Shown piece after piece: positions 27,220 to 36,649 of a DNA stretch of 50,890 nucleotides; position 1 is the stretch's first letter, and each line of letters opens with the position of its first letter. The notes under the pieces were generated by a model. It saw only the letters and a program-made list of their open reading frames with translations. It had not been told where the DNA came from and ran no database searches. The DNA is from a virus. Taxonomy: Duplodnaviria; Caudoviricetes. Both the position numbers and the translations under genes were made by a program. Location of the stretch: positions 1-50,890 of the IMG/VR virus record IMGVR_UViG_3300009509_000071, one strand, 5' to 3'.

Positions 27220-27340
27220 CTCATGATCATCTGATCCCATCCCATCCCATCCCAGCCGCTGCAGCATCATCCCAGCATCTGAGAGGATCACGCCCAGCCC
27301 ATCCAAGCCGCTGCAGCATCCAAGCATATGCAGCCCACTG
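27220..27340. repeat. C-rich short-repeat tract beside cos
   Basis: Tandem (ATCCC)n, AGCCGCTGCAGCATC twice and CATCCAAGC twice. Confidence 0.7.
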
Positions 27341-27348
27341 GATTAAAA

Positions 27349-27396
27349 AGGTACTGTCCAGCGTTTTTCAAGGCCACAGGGATCAGCGTAGCCCCG
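27349..27396 (+). other. Candidate cos site (cosQ-like plus cosN-like)
   Basis: AGGTACT starts 30 nt before GGGATCAGCGTA, the same spacing as lambda GGGTCCT to GGGCGGCGACCT; upstream of terS and gpA. Confidence 0.6.
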
Positions 27397-27588
27397 ATTT
27401 CTTTGTCTCGTTCATGTTTTTTTGCGGTTATCCACACCGATATAGAAATTCGCCCATATATATACTATATATGCGATCCATAATTATCTTGATATTTGGC
27501 ATATTTATCATGAACTTTAGTACACCATGTTATAACTAGTTGTAAAATACAAAAAATAAGGAACTATAGTTCACTTTTTCATAAAATA

Positions 27589-27597
27589 TGCTATAAT
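27589..27597 (+). promoter_or_regulatory. Extended -10 promoter, leaderless
   Basis: TGcTATAAT lies 6 nt before ATG 27604. Confidence 0.6.
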
Positions 27598-27603
27598 CAC
27601 CGC

Positions 27604-27819
27604 ATGAAATCCACAAAAAGTCTTACAACTACAAAGATTATTGCAAAAAGCTTTGGTAGTACACCCAGAAACATTCATAAGACATACAAGGCAAAAAAGC
27701 CAAACTCATTTCGTGTTCTGGAAGTGGGATCTTACATGATGGAACATAATGTCACAAATGAAGAGATCGAGGCGGCAGTAGATTTTATACTCAAGATGAG
27801 GGAGATATATGGCAAGTAA
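27604..27819 (+). CDS. Small basic putative DNA-binding protein
   Basis: 'KIIAKSFGSTPRNIHK' is HTH-like. Confidence 0.6.
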   Translation: MKSTKSLTTTKIIAKSFGSTPRNIHKTYKAKKPNSFRVLEVGSYMMEHNVTNEEIEAAVDFILKMREIYGK

Positions 27820-28528
27820 GATACACCAACTGGAAAGCGCACATCCGGACAAAAAGATCGTGGCTCATGAACTTTATGAGATCGATGGTGAGATTTTAGG
27901 CGGAAAGAAGTTTGTCTCAAGTGATATGAGCGTATCAGAGAGGCATATTACTGAGTGGGAAAAGAAAGGCTTTAAGGCATCACCACTATCATTGCCGAGA
28001 CTAAAGCTATACAACATAAAAGATCTCAGGAAGTGGCATAAAGATAATGTTGATCAGAAACAATCCAAGAGAAGAAACAGTGACATAATCGATGGCACAG
28101 AAGAGAAAGATGAGCATAACAAGTATGCGCACTTGCCTATCGATGAAGTTCCTCAAGTTGAAGCAATGCGAAGAAAGGAAATTGCTGCACTTAAAAAGCT
28201 ACTACTGCAGAATGATGAACTTGAGGGTAGATTAGTTCCGGCAGACGATCTGGATAGAGCAATGGCAGAACAAGCAGCTATGCACATATCAGACAAAATG
28301 AACGATGAGAAAACTCTTCCAACACTACTTGAGAACAAATCAGCAGAAGAGATCAGTGAACTTCTATATGAGCATAATCAGGAAAAAGTGAACATGCTCA
28401 AGAGGATAGTTCAGAAAGAGTTTGTGTGCGACAATACTCTCTATGACATCATATTTGAGATCTTGCTGAAACTGGAAGAGGATGTAAACCCAGATAAGAT
28501 CGTGGAGGCAATTCGTGGTCTTTCGTAA
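27809..28528 (+). CDS. Terminase small subunit (Nu1-like)
   Basis: MerR-like HTH 'VSERHITEWEKKG...LYNIKDLRKW' and 'ELEGRLVP'; precedes terL. Confidence 0.75.
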   Translation: MASKIHQLESAHPDKKIVAHELYEIDGEILGGKKFVSSDMSVSERHITEWEKKGFKASPLSLPRLKLYNIKDLRKWHKDNVDQKQSKRRNSDIIDGTEEKDEHNKYAHLPIDEVPQVEAMRRKEIAALKKLLLQNDELEGRLVPADDLDRAMAEQAAMHISDKMNDEKTLPTLLENKSAEEISELLYEHNQEKVNMLKRIVQKEFVCDNTLYDIIFEILLKLEEDVNPDKIVEAIRGLS

Positions 28529-30527
28529 GGTAGGATACAGAACAATAAAGGCTTACCATCGTGAGCCAAGAATATCATCTCAAGAATGGGCAGAGAAGAA
28601 TATCGTTTTTAAGGGTACTGACATATCCCCAATAACAGGCCAGTTCAACTTGAAGTATTCGCCTCACCTTAGAAAGCTGCTTGACTTGTCTGATGTTCCA
28701 AGTGTTGCAAGGATGTTTGGAAAGTGGGCATCCCAGAGTGGTAAATCATTGTTTGAGATGATCGTAGCAGCAAAAAGACTCGATACTGATCCAACAAATG
28801 TTTTGATGATGTTCCCGATCAAAGATGACTTGCCTAAGTACCTAAGAATTAAGATCAATCCGGTCTTAAAGTGTATTCCTAAGCTATGGCAAAAGTTTGA
28901 GGACTTCAAAACTGATGAGGGCATCAGGATGAAAGATACAATCAAGCAGATTGCCGGAGGAAGTCTTATTGTATCCGGTGCTGGAGTCAAGGATAGAAAA
29001 TCACTTACTGTACCAATGCTTGTAGGTGATGAGATTGCAGAGTTTGACAAAGGTGCTTTCATGGAGGCAGAAGAGCGTTTAAAGTCATTCTCAAAGTTCT
29101 TCCCAAAAGCAATAGGTGTATCAACTATCGTGCATCCGGAAGATGAGATATGTACAAATCATGATAGCTGTAACTGTTTGATGGAATGGCAGTATCGATG
29201 CCCAAGCTGTAGTGATACATTTTTGGCCGGATCAAAGCATCTTAAGTGGATTAGCCTCAAGGATTATGCTGCAGAGCTTGGTGTAAAAGAGGAAAGCATA
29301 CCGAGACACAAGTATATTGAGAGAGCAATGGAGTCTGGTCATGTCGAGTGTCCGCATTGTGCATACAAGATCGATACGCATGAAAAAGATGATATGGTGA
29401 TCAATGGCGGCATGGAATGGGTAGTGGTTGAGGGCGAAGAGCCATCGACTTCATATGGATTTAGTATGAACTCACTTGGAAGCTACTTTGTTACATATGG
29501 CCAGATCATCGATGCGATCATTAAGGCAGATGGTGATGAGATTAAGCTTGACAAGATCTATCGTGGATGGTTTAATGAGTTTTATGAAGAGAAGCAAGAG
29601 AACAAAACTACTCCAAGTGATCTACTGCAGCTTGGAAATGGATTAAAAGAGTTTGTAGTTCCAAATGATACTGTGGCGATGTATATGGGAGTGGATACCC
29701 AAAAGGATCACTTCTGGGCAAAGATAGTTGCTTTTGAATATGGAATGAAGCGGCATACTATATGGGCTGGAAGATTAGAGGACTTCAAATCGATTGTAGA
29801 TCTTATGGAGCGCACTTGGTATAGAGAAAATGGAAGCGTGTACAGACAGGGTATCAGGCGTATGGGTATCGACTATCAGGGATATGTCAAAAAAGAGACT
29901 GTATTTAACGATGAGACAAACAAAGAAGAGGCTATAGAGATCGTGAACAGGCCTCAAGAAGTAAAAGATTTCGTGTTTGAGTTTTCTGAGTATTGGGGTA
30001 GGGATGGTGAGCATGAGAGGATTTATGCTACAAGAGGTCATGAGTTCTTACCAAACGATGAGCCATTCGCTTTTACATCTACAAACCTTACAGCAAATAA
30101 CTACAAAGATACAAGAAAAGTGAAAGTTATGAAGCTTGGAACTGTATCGTTGAAGCTCACACTAATGCAAGCATTGTACCGGACTATTGAGAAGATCAAT
30201 GCAAGCGAAACTGATACTGCATATGATTATGATGTTAGGCTTATGTACATAAACCAAGATATTGTAGATAGGTTATCAAACGCAGATACTTTAACATCTG
30301 AGGCGTACATTAACCAAATGACATCGGAAGTATATACATACCCTTTGGATGCAAGAGGGAACAAAAAAGACAGAAAGAGTTTTGTTCAAGTTAAGAAAGA
30401 TAACCACTTACTTGACTGTGGAGCGATTTGCGAGGCACTTGCTCAATTAGACAATATTGCATCTCTGAAAAAGCCAGTAGATGAGTCTCCAGAGAAGAGG
30501 TTTAGTGTATCAAGAAGTCTTATGTAA
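28515..30527 (+). CDS. Terminase large subunit, lambda gpA family
   Basis: SQSGKS Walker A, GDE Walker B, CPSC/CPHC, GVDTQKD and DNHLLDC motifs. Confidence 0.93.
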   Translation: MVFRKVGYRTIKAYHREPRISSQEWAEKNIVFKGTDISPITGQFNLKYSPHLRKLLDLSDVPSVARMFGKWASQSGKSLFEMIVAAKRLDTDPTNVLMMFPIKDDLPKYLRIKINPVLKCIPKLWQKFEDFKTDEGIRMKDTIKQIAGGSLIVSGAGVKDRKSLTVPMLVGDEIAEFDKGAFMEAEERLKSFSKFFPKAIGVSTIVHPEDEICTNHDSCNCLMEWQYRCPSCSDTFLAGSKHLKWISLKDYAAELGVKEESIPRHKYIERAMESGHVECPHCAYKIDTHEKDDMVINGGMEWVVVEGEEPSTSYGFSMNSLGSYFVTYGQIIDAIIKADGDEIKLDKIYRGWFNEFYEEKQENKTTPSDLLQLGNGLKEFVVPNDTVAMYMGVDTQKDHFWAKIVAFEYGMKRHTIWAGRLEDFKSIVDLMERTWYRENGSVYRQGIRRMGIDYQGYVKKETVFNDETNKEEAIEIVNRPQEVKDFVFEFSEYWGRDGEHERIYATRGHEFLPNDEPFAFTSTNLTANNYKDTRKVKVMKLGTVSLKLTLMQALYRTIEKINASETDTAYDYDVRLMYINQDIVDRLSNADTLTSEAYINQMTSEVYTYPLDARGNKKDRKSFVQVKKDNHLLDCGAICEALAQLDNIASLKKPVDESPEKRFSVSRSLM

Positions 30528-30535
30528 AATATCAC

Positions 30536-30580
30536 TTGTAGGGCTTGCTTTGGCATATTAAGCATCAAAGCCCCACACAA
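30536..30580. terminator. Imperfect hairpin between convergent genes
   Basis: TTGTAGGGCTT...AAGCCCCACACAA. Confidence 0.4.
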
Positions 30581-30606
30581 TAATCATCTTTCAATTCAAT
30601 TTAAAC

Positions 30607-30900
30607 TCATTGAACGATCATCTTTGATGCATTTTGATCCATATAATCATTCATAGTTCTATTTTCGCATAAATACTTAGCTACAAAGTATGTAGGAAAC
30701 ATTATCGCACTACTCTTTGAGTCACCACTTTTTATGTATCTTGGGCATGACTTTTGCTTTATCATGCTATTGATCTGAGTAGTTCCGCATCCTATTACAC
30801 TGCAAAGTTGAAGCTTTGATAGCGACCATCCATATTCCTTGAATAGCTCACCAAAAATAAACCTAACATCATCATTCTTTTCTGTGTCTGTAATAGCCAT
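30607..30900 (-). CDS. AlpA/excisionase-like HTH protein inverted within the late region
   Basis: 'LSKLQLCSVIG....I.......PRYIK.G......F....VAKYL'; AAGGGG SD before ATG 30900. Confidence 0.7.
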   Translation of the reverse strand: MAITDTEKNDDVRFIFGELFKEYGWSLSKLQLCSVIGCGTTQINSMIKQKSCPRYIKSGDSKSSAIMFPTYFVAKYLCENRTMNDYMDQNASKMIVQ

Positions 30901-31064
30901 ACAGCCCCTTTTTGTGTTTAATATACACATTATATTTATAAAATCTTAATAGTAATTTACATTTTGTGTACTTTTGTATTAATTTGTTCTTTTTTGTACG
31001 GATTGGTTTAAAAAAATAAAAACTGACAGAATTGTGAAAAATTTTAACTTCAAAGGGGCGCATC

Positions 31065-31280
31065 TTGGCTAGACGGACAATCGATCAAGAAATTGCAGCC
31101 CTTGAAGCCAGAAGAGATGATCTTGAGTCAAAGATCTCTGAGCATGAGAGTTATAAAGCACTCATTGCTCAAGGAAATCATGGGGCTGAGACACACTTTA
31201 CCGATATTAAGGTGCTTTATTCTGAGAGAGATAAAGTCAAAAAAGAACTCGAAACACTTTATAGACACAAAGGCCTTTAG
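31065..31280 (+). CDS. gpW-like head completion protein
   Basis: Small helical ORF immediately before the portal gene. Confidence 0.6.
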   Translation: MARRTIDQEIAALEARRDDLESKISEHESYKALIAQGNHGAETHFTDIKVLYSERDKVKKELETLYRHKGL

Positions 31281-32755
31281 TGGATAGCTTCTTACTGCAA
31301 GCACTTTACGGATCATCTATAATTTCTGGCGCTCCAGAAAGTACATATGGGAAACCTATGTTTGATGGGGCAGTAGAAAATTACTCTCATCTCGCATCTC
31401 AATCCAGAAAACAACTTAACTATCATGGCGTAAATGGAACTGATATTCCATCCATACTTCATGCTGTAGTATCCGGAGTTGTGGGTAGCGGTATCAATAT
31501 TCAGTCAAGACTTGCAGACAAGAAGATGAATGATGGTTTTGAGGCACTTCTTAAATCTCATGGCAAAAAGAAAAACTTTGAAATTTCTGGAAGATTTCAT
31601 AGAAATGAAGCACTTAGACAGATCGTAAACTTTCAGCACTTAAATGGCGGTGTAATTGTAAGGCATCACTACAGTAATTCATGGGATATTCCATATAGAC
31701 TTGAGCTTGTAAGCGTTGATATGATCGACACTTCAAAAAGCAAAGGCCAATACCTAAAGAATGGCTTACAGAAAGACAAATATGGCCGCATAACGCACAT
31801 CTACCTATTCGTTGATCCAGATAAGAGAATTTCAAAGCCTTTCAGCATGAAAAACATGACTTATCACATGACAACATGGATGAATTTATCTCAATACACT
31901 GCAGTAAGTAGGCTTGTAACTATCTTGCCTACGCTTGACAGCGTTCTTCAATATGCAGATGCAGAGGTAAAGGCAGCGCTTGAGAGAGCAAAGGCCGGAG
32001 TCTATTGGAGTACAGAGCTTTATGGAACTATCCTACAGGCATTAAATGATGAATTTAATCAATCTGGTATTACTCCGGCAGAGAAGATAGCTGAGGCGAA
32101 AGATCTACTTGAGAGACTTTCAAAAAGAGGTGTATCTGCTACAGGCGCAACTCCAATTCCTCAAGAGGACAAAATTCACCAAGTTGAGAGCAAAACTGAT
32201 AGTGTTTATGAGACTATCAATCAACAGGCTCAAAAGAAAGCTTCTAGTGCAGTAGGTGGAAGTGTTGTATCTATCTACAAGGATATTGCACAAGGAAATT
32301 ACTCATCGATAAAAGCAGCGATCTCTTTCGATGAAGAGTATTACAAAATTGAGTTTGACAGACTCCAAGAGTCAATCATCGATGAGTACCTAGAGAGGCT
32401 ATTTGCCATCGGTGTTCAAACCGGATGGATACCACTTTCTACATCAAAATACTTCAAGAATAGAGATCTTTATCACTCATGGGATGTTCTTAGACAATCT
32501 AAGCGTGTTATTGATGAAGTTAAGGCTGCAAATGCGGTCAAGACTGAGCTTGAGGCCAATACAACAACTCATGCAAGAGTGTTTGGCGAAAAAGGGCTTG
32601 ATTATGTTACTGAGATGACTAAGCAGATCGATCTTGATATTGAAGTTGAAAAGATTAGGCAAGAAAGATACAAGGCTGCCGGACTTCCATATCCTAGCCA
32701 AGTTCAATCATCTGAGCCAAGCACAGACAATAATAAACCGGAGGAAGAAAAATGA
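31280..32755 (+). CDS. Portal protein (lambda gpB family)
   Basis: VVGSGI, DKYGR...Y, NYSSIK and IDEVK motifs; synteny. Confidence 0.9.
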   Translation: MDSFLLQALYGSSIISGAPESTYGKPMFDGAVENYSHLASQSRKQLNYHGVNGTDIPSILHAVVSGVVGSGINIQSRLADKKMNDGFEALLKSHGKKKNFEISGRFHRNEALRQIVNFQHLNGGVIVRHHYSNSWDIPYRLELVSVDMIDTSKSKGQYLKNGLQKDKYGRITHIYLFVDPDKRISKPFSMKNMTYHMTTWMNLSQYTAVSRLVTILPTLDSVLQYADAEVKAALERAKAGVYWSTELYGTILQALNDEFNQSGITPAEKIAEAKDLLERLSKRGVSATGATPIPQEDKIHQVESKTDSVYETINQQAQKKASSAVGGSVVSIYKDIAQGNYSSIKAAISFDEEYYKIEFDRLQESIIDEYLERLFAIGVQTGWIPLSTSKYFKNRDLYHSWDVLRQSKRVIDEVKAANAVKTELEANTTTHARVFGEKGLDYVTEMTKQIDLDIEVEKIRQERYKAAGLPYPSQVQSSEPSTDNNKPEEEK

Positions 32756-33876
32756 CAAACATTTATCTTGAGGGAGTTGTAGGGATAGATATTACAGCTG
32801 CAGAAGTAAAAGAGCTTATGGCTGCAGCATCCGGTGACATCTATTTTGATTTAAACAGTGGTGGCGGATATGTCACTGAGGGCGTTGCGATCCTAAATAC
32901 TATCAGGGCTTACAACAAGGGAAAAACTGTAGCAAAAATACATTATGCGGCATCTATGATGACTCAAATTGCACTTGCATGTGATGAAGTTCATGCGTAT
33001 GACAACTCGATCTTCATGATCCACAATGTTCAAGGCATGGCATATGGTGATCACAATGCAATGTTTGAGCAAGGTGAGAAGCAAAAGAGAATGTCAAAAA
33101 TGCTTGCAAGTCTCTATGTGAAAAAGACTGGAATGAGTGAAGATGAAATCAAAACAATGATGGATAACGACACTTATTTGTTTGGGGAAGAGATCGTTGA
33201 AAAAGGCTTTGCTGACATGCTGATTGAGACTAATCATGAGAAGAACTTTGAGCAGCAAAAAGAAGTTGCATTGGTTAATTTCAAGAAGTCTATGGAAGCG
33301 ATGAACTCAGAGAAGATCACAGCAGAGCAATTAGACAGTTTCATGGCCAAGTGCAATGATAACTGTTCGGTGGAAGCACATCCGACTGCAGCAAGCGACA
33401 ACAGCAAAAATTTTGATAAAGGAGAGAGCATGGAGTTACCTTTCAATGAGGACAATTTCAAAGCGCTAAACGCTGCATATAACAGCGAAAAAGGCAGAGC
33501 AGCAGAAGCTCAGACAGCATTAGAAACTGCTAAAGAAGAGCTTGCTGCAAAAGATGGCGAAATTGCACAGCTAAATGAAGCACATGCTACTGCACTTGTA
33601 GCTGCTAAAGAAGAAGCTGCAAAAGAAGCTACTGAGGCTGCACAAAAAGCAATTTTTGATCGTGTAGAGGCAAGAGTTTCTGAGGCGGTAGCAAGCAATG
33701 TGACTAAGGCTGATGTGATCATCGCAATGGTTAAGGCAGAGGATGATGCTGAGGCATCTAAAATCGCAATCGAAGCAAATGCATCAGATGGATCAATTTC
33801 TCACGCTGATGGTGAAGTTGGGAAAGAGTCTGGGCTTATGGCTTTTGCACAAAAACATAAAGGAATGGTGAAATAA
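32752..33876 (+). CDS. ClpP-type head maturation protease with C-terminal scaffold
   Basis: LNSGGGYV.EG, AASM, MIHN and GFAD motifs; Ala/Glu-rich tail. Confidence 0.92.
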   Translation: MTNIYLEGVVGIDITAAEVKELMAAASGDIYFDLNSGGGYVTEGVAILNTIRAYNKGKTVAKIHYAASMMTQIALACDEVHAYDNSIFMIHNVQGMAYGDHNAMFEQGEKQKRMSKMLASLYVKKTGMSEDEIKTMMDNDTYLFGEEIVEKGFADMLIETNHEKNFEQQKEVALVNFKKSMEAMNSEKITAEQLDSFMAKCNDNCSVEAHPTAASDNSKNFDKGESMELPFNEDNFKALNAAYNSEKGRAAEAQTALETAKEELAAKDGEIAQLNEAHATALVAAKEEAAKEATEAAQKAIFDRVEARVSEAVASNVTKADVIIAMVKAEDDAEASKIAIEANASDGSISHADGEVGKESGLMAFAQKHKGMVK

Positions 33877-33878
33877 TC

Positions 33879-34217
33879 ATGGCGCAATTAACTAAAACTG
33901 TATTTACAGCTGACAATTTGGTAACTGCAACTCAAAAACTGATTACAAGAAGAGATCTTCAACTTGAGTCTGGTCAAAGTGTAGTTAGAGGTGAGGTACT
34001 TAAGAGAGGAACTACTGGGCTTGTAGCATTAACTGCAACAACAGACACTCCATTTACAGTAGCACTTGAAACAGTTGATGCATCTGCAGCAGCAAAAGAT
34101 ATTACATATGTGTATGAGGGATCAGTTCTTGAGTCTGAGCTTACATATGGAGCTGGAGCAATCGCAAACTTTAGAGATAAATTTATCTCAGAAACACAAA
34201 TCTTGGTAGAGGAGTAA
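33879..34217 (+). CDS. Head decoration protein (gpD-like)
   Basis: 'SGQSVVRGEVL'; lies between the protease and the capsid gene. Confidence 0.8.
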   Translation: MAQLTKTVFTADNLVTATQKLITRRDLQLESGQSVVRGEVLKRGTTGLVALTATTDTPFTVALETVDASAAAKDITYVYEGSVLESELTYGAGAIANFRDKFISETQILVEE

Positions 34218-34221
34218 GAAT

Positions 34222-35249
34222 ATGGCAATCATTAATGATAAAAAAGAGTTCGTAAAAGCAGTAGGTGTTATCGTTGAGGCTGATCTTGGCGTTGAAAACT
34301 TATTGTTCCCGACAATGAGACTTCAAACAAAAGAGCTTATCGAGTACGATGTAGCAACAGTAGAGGCAGAAAGCCCAGCATACAACTCATTCAGAAACAC
34401 TGCAAATGTTGTATCTAAAGATGGGAAAGACAGAGTAGTTGTTGCTCCTTCAATGAGTCTATCTCTAAAGAGACTATCGATGCTGATGCTGAAATGTTCG
34501 GACAAAATGAGTACGGAGATGGTGAGATCGATGCAACTATGCAATCTGCACTTACTGGTGTTGGAAAGCTTAGACTAAGATCACTTGTTGGTAAGAAAGC
34601 GCTTATTTATGAGGTATTGACTACTCACAAAATCGCTGGTGGTTATCAAGGTAAAGATGGTGTAGAGGACATCGTGTTCAATGTTCCAGCTGCTAACACT
34701 GAGGTATTCGATGGTACAACTAACCTATACTGGAGTAACGCAAGCGCAACGCCACTTGATGACATGAAGCGTGCATATGATGCAATGAAAATCAAGCCTA
34801 CTGCAGTTGTTATGAATGACAATACTTATTCAAACTTCTATGGAAACGCTCAGGTACTCACTGTAGATAACACTTCTGCTGGTAAGAAGAGAAACTATGA
34901 GATCAATGAGAATGTAGCAGCTGGTGCAAAATTCTTTAGAGCTGGTAAGGTTATGTACAAAGGAATGATCCTTGATGTATATGTTGAAAATGAGAAGAAA
35001 CTTGTTTCTGGATCATACACTCCATTTATGCCAGACGGATATGTTTGTTATGCATCACCAATCGGTGAGATGAACTATGGTGGTATTCCGGTTGCAGAAG
35101 CTGGTGGTGTAAGAAGAATTGCTGCAGAGTACGATGTAGAAGAGATCATCACTTCTAACCCTCCACAGCACAATCTTGTGTACAGAACTGCTCCGCTTCC
35201 AACATTGAAAAATGGTGAAGCTTACTTTACGCAAAAAGTAGAAGCGTAA
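34222..35249 (+). CDS. Major capsid protein (lambda gpE-like), split by a frameshift near 34449
   Basis: The N-terminal ORF (to DRVVVAP) continues in the -1 frame as FNESISKE...MFGQ...; W....ATPLDD and YRTAPLP motifs. Confidence 0.85.
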
Positions 35250-35259
35250 GGGGTAAGTG

Positions 35260-35637
35260 ATGGGTAAGACAACTACACCAAAAGAAAACACAGTGTCCGC
35301 AGAAGAGAAAGCGGCACTGGAAGCTAAAGCTGCAGAAGAAAAAGCTGCTACTGAGGCACAGGCTGCAAAAGAGGCAGAAGAAAAAGCTGCTCAAGAAGCT
35401 GCTGCACAGCTTAAAGCGGAAGAAGATGCGAAAGCTGCTGCTGAGGCGGAAGCCAAAGCTAAAGAAGAAGCAGAAAAGAAAGCTGCTGAGGAAGCTGCAA
35501 AAGCAAGTAAAGGCACTAAGGTTTCAGTAAAACTCAAAGTGAGATACGCTGGAAAATTGCCAAATGAGACAGTTGAAGTTGAGCCTAAAGAAGCAAAGCG
35601 CCTCATCGATGGCGGATACGCAGAAAAGGCTAAGTAA
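35260..35637 (+). CDS. Ala/Glu/Lys-rich protein (gpFI-like position)
   Basis: EAKAAEE repeats and C-terminal 'VEV..KEAKRLI..GYA'. Confidence 0.65.
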   Translation: MGKTTTPKENTVSAEEKAALEAKAAEEKAATEAQAAKEAEEKAAQEAAAQLKAEEDAKAAAEAEAKAKEEAEKKAAEEAAKASKGTKVSVKLKVRYAGKLPNETVEVEPKEAKRLIDGGYAEKAK

Positions 35638-35984
35638 TGGGCGTACACGCTTTACTACAAAAAACTCAAAAAGCTCATGTAAACAGTGAGCGATTAGGTA
35701 GTAGTGAGGCGATTGTATATGTTCACGCAAAGACTGGCGTTCAAGAGAATGTCAGAGCTTTTGTTGAAGTAGTATCTATTCGTGGTGATCAGAAGAAACG
35801 CAGAGTTGATGAGACAGTATTCAGCAATATTCTTTTGGCTGAGAAGCCAGTCAAAAATAGAGACTACATCATCTATCAAGGTGAAGAGCTAATTGTAGAT
35901 AGCTGGCTTACCAATGGTGAGCTTTATCAAGTGACAACATTGTCGCATGAGGCTAGAGAGAATAGGAGAATATCACATGACTAG
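35637..35984 (+). CDS. Head-tail joining protein (gpFII-like)
   Basis: Synteny and size. Confidence 0.55.
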   Translation: MGVHALLQKTQKAHVNSERLGSSEAIVYVHAKTGVQENVRAFVEVVSIRGDQKKRRVDETVFSNILLAEKPVKNRDYIIYQGEELIVDSWLTNGELYQVTTLSHEARENRRISHD

Positions 35985-36465
35985 TAAAGAGATCTCATTA
36001 GGCATTATCGCTGCATGTAAAGCGTATGCGCCATTAAATGACTTCATTACTCTTACATATGGTAAATCACTTACTTATGCAAGAGGCCTAAATCTTGATG
36101 TTGATTATTTCAGTGAAAATGAATATGCCGATGTGCCTATTGTGATCATTGATCCAGAGAAGAACACAACTGAGACAGATGGAGATGTTAGTTTTGGAAT
36201 GGTAATCCATGTGAAGATTGTTCATAAGGATGAGTTCAAGAACGGATTTGCAAAAGTTGATGATGTGATCACATTGTCTGGTATCGATGAAGTTGAGATT
36301 ATCAGTGGTCACATAAGCGATGCAATACAAGGACATTTTGCAACATCGCTTGATATTGAGGGAATAGACACATACCTTGATCCTCTTTATCATGTATCAA
36401 ATTACACTGAATATAACGGACATATTGTGTTTACTTTCACAGAAGAAACATGCATAGGAGCATAG
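35977..36465 (+). CDS. Tail terminator-like protein
   Basis: Acidic beta-rich ORF with AGGAG SD; synteny. Confidence 0.55.
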   Translation: MTSKEISLGIIAACKAYAPLNDFITLTYGKSLTYARGLNLDVDYFSENEYADVPIVIIDPEKNTTETDGDVSFGMVIHVKIVHKDEFKNGFAKVDDVITLSGIDEVEIISGHISDAIQGHFATSLDIEGIDTYLDPLYHVSNYTEYNGHIVFTFTEETCIGA

Positions 36466-36466
36466 T

Positions 36467-36643
36467 TTGAAAAAGATTAAATTATTGATTGATAGATCTT
36501 TTCGTGAGGATGGCGAGCTGGTACACAAAAAGGCCGGAACTGTAGTTGAGATGGACGATAAGCGTGCAAATCAGTACATTCTATCTGGTGCTGGAGCTGT
36601 AGTCATAGAGAAGAAGTCTGTTAAAAAAGTAGAAGAAGAGTAG
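36467..36643 (+). CDS. Small protein (58 aa)
   Basis: TTG start with AGGAG SD; 'AGTVVEMDDKRANQYI.SGA' resembles the C-terminus of 35260..35637. Confidence 0.6.
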   Translation: MKKIKLLIDRSFREDGELVHKKAGTVVEMDDKRANQYILSGAGAVVIEKKSVKKVEEE

Positions 36644-36649
36644 CGATTA

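Noticed and set aside
27112-27327. 71-aa reverse ORF across the promoter and cos repeats
   Set aside because: It is a low-complexity translation of the repeat tract, has no SD, and overlaps promoter and operators.
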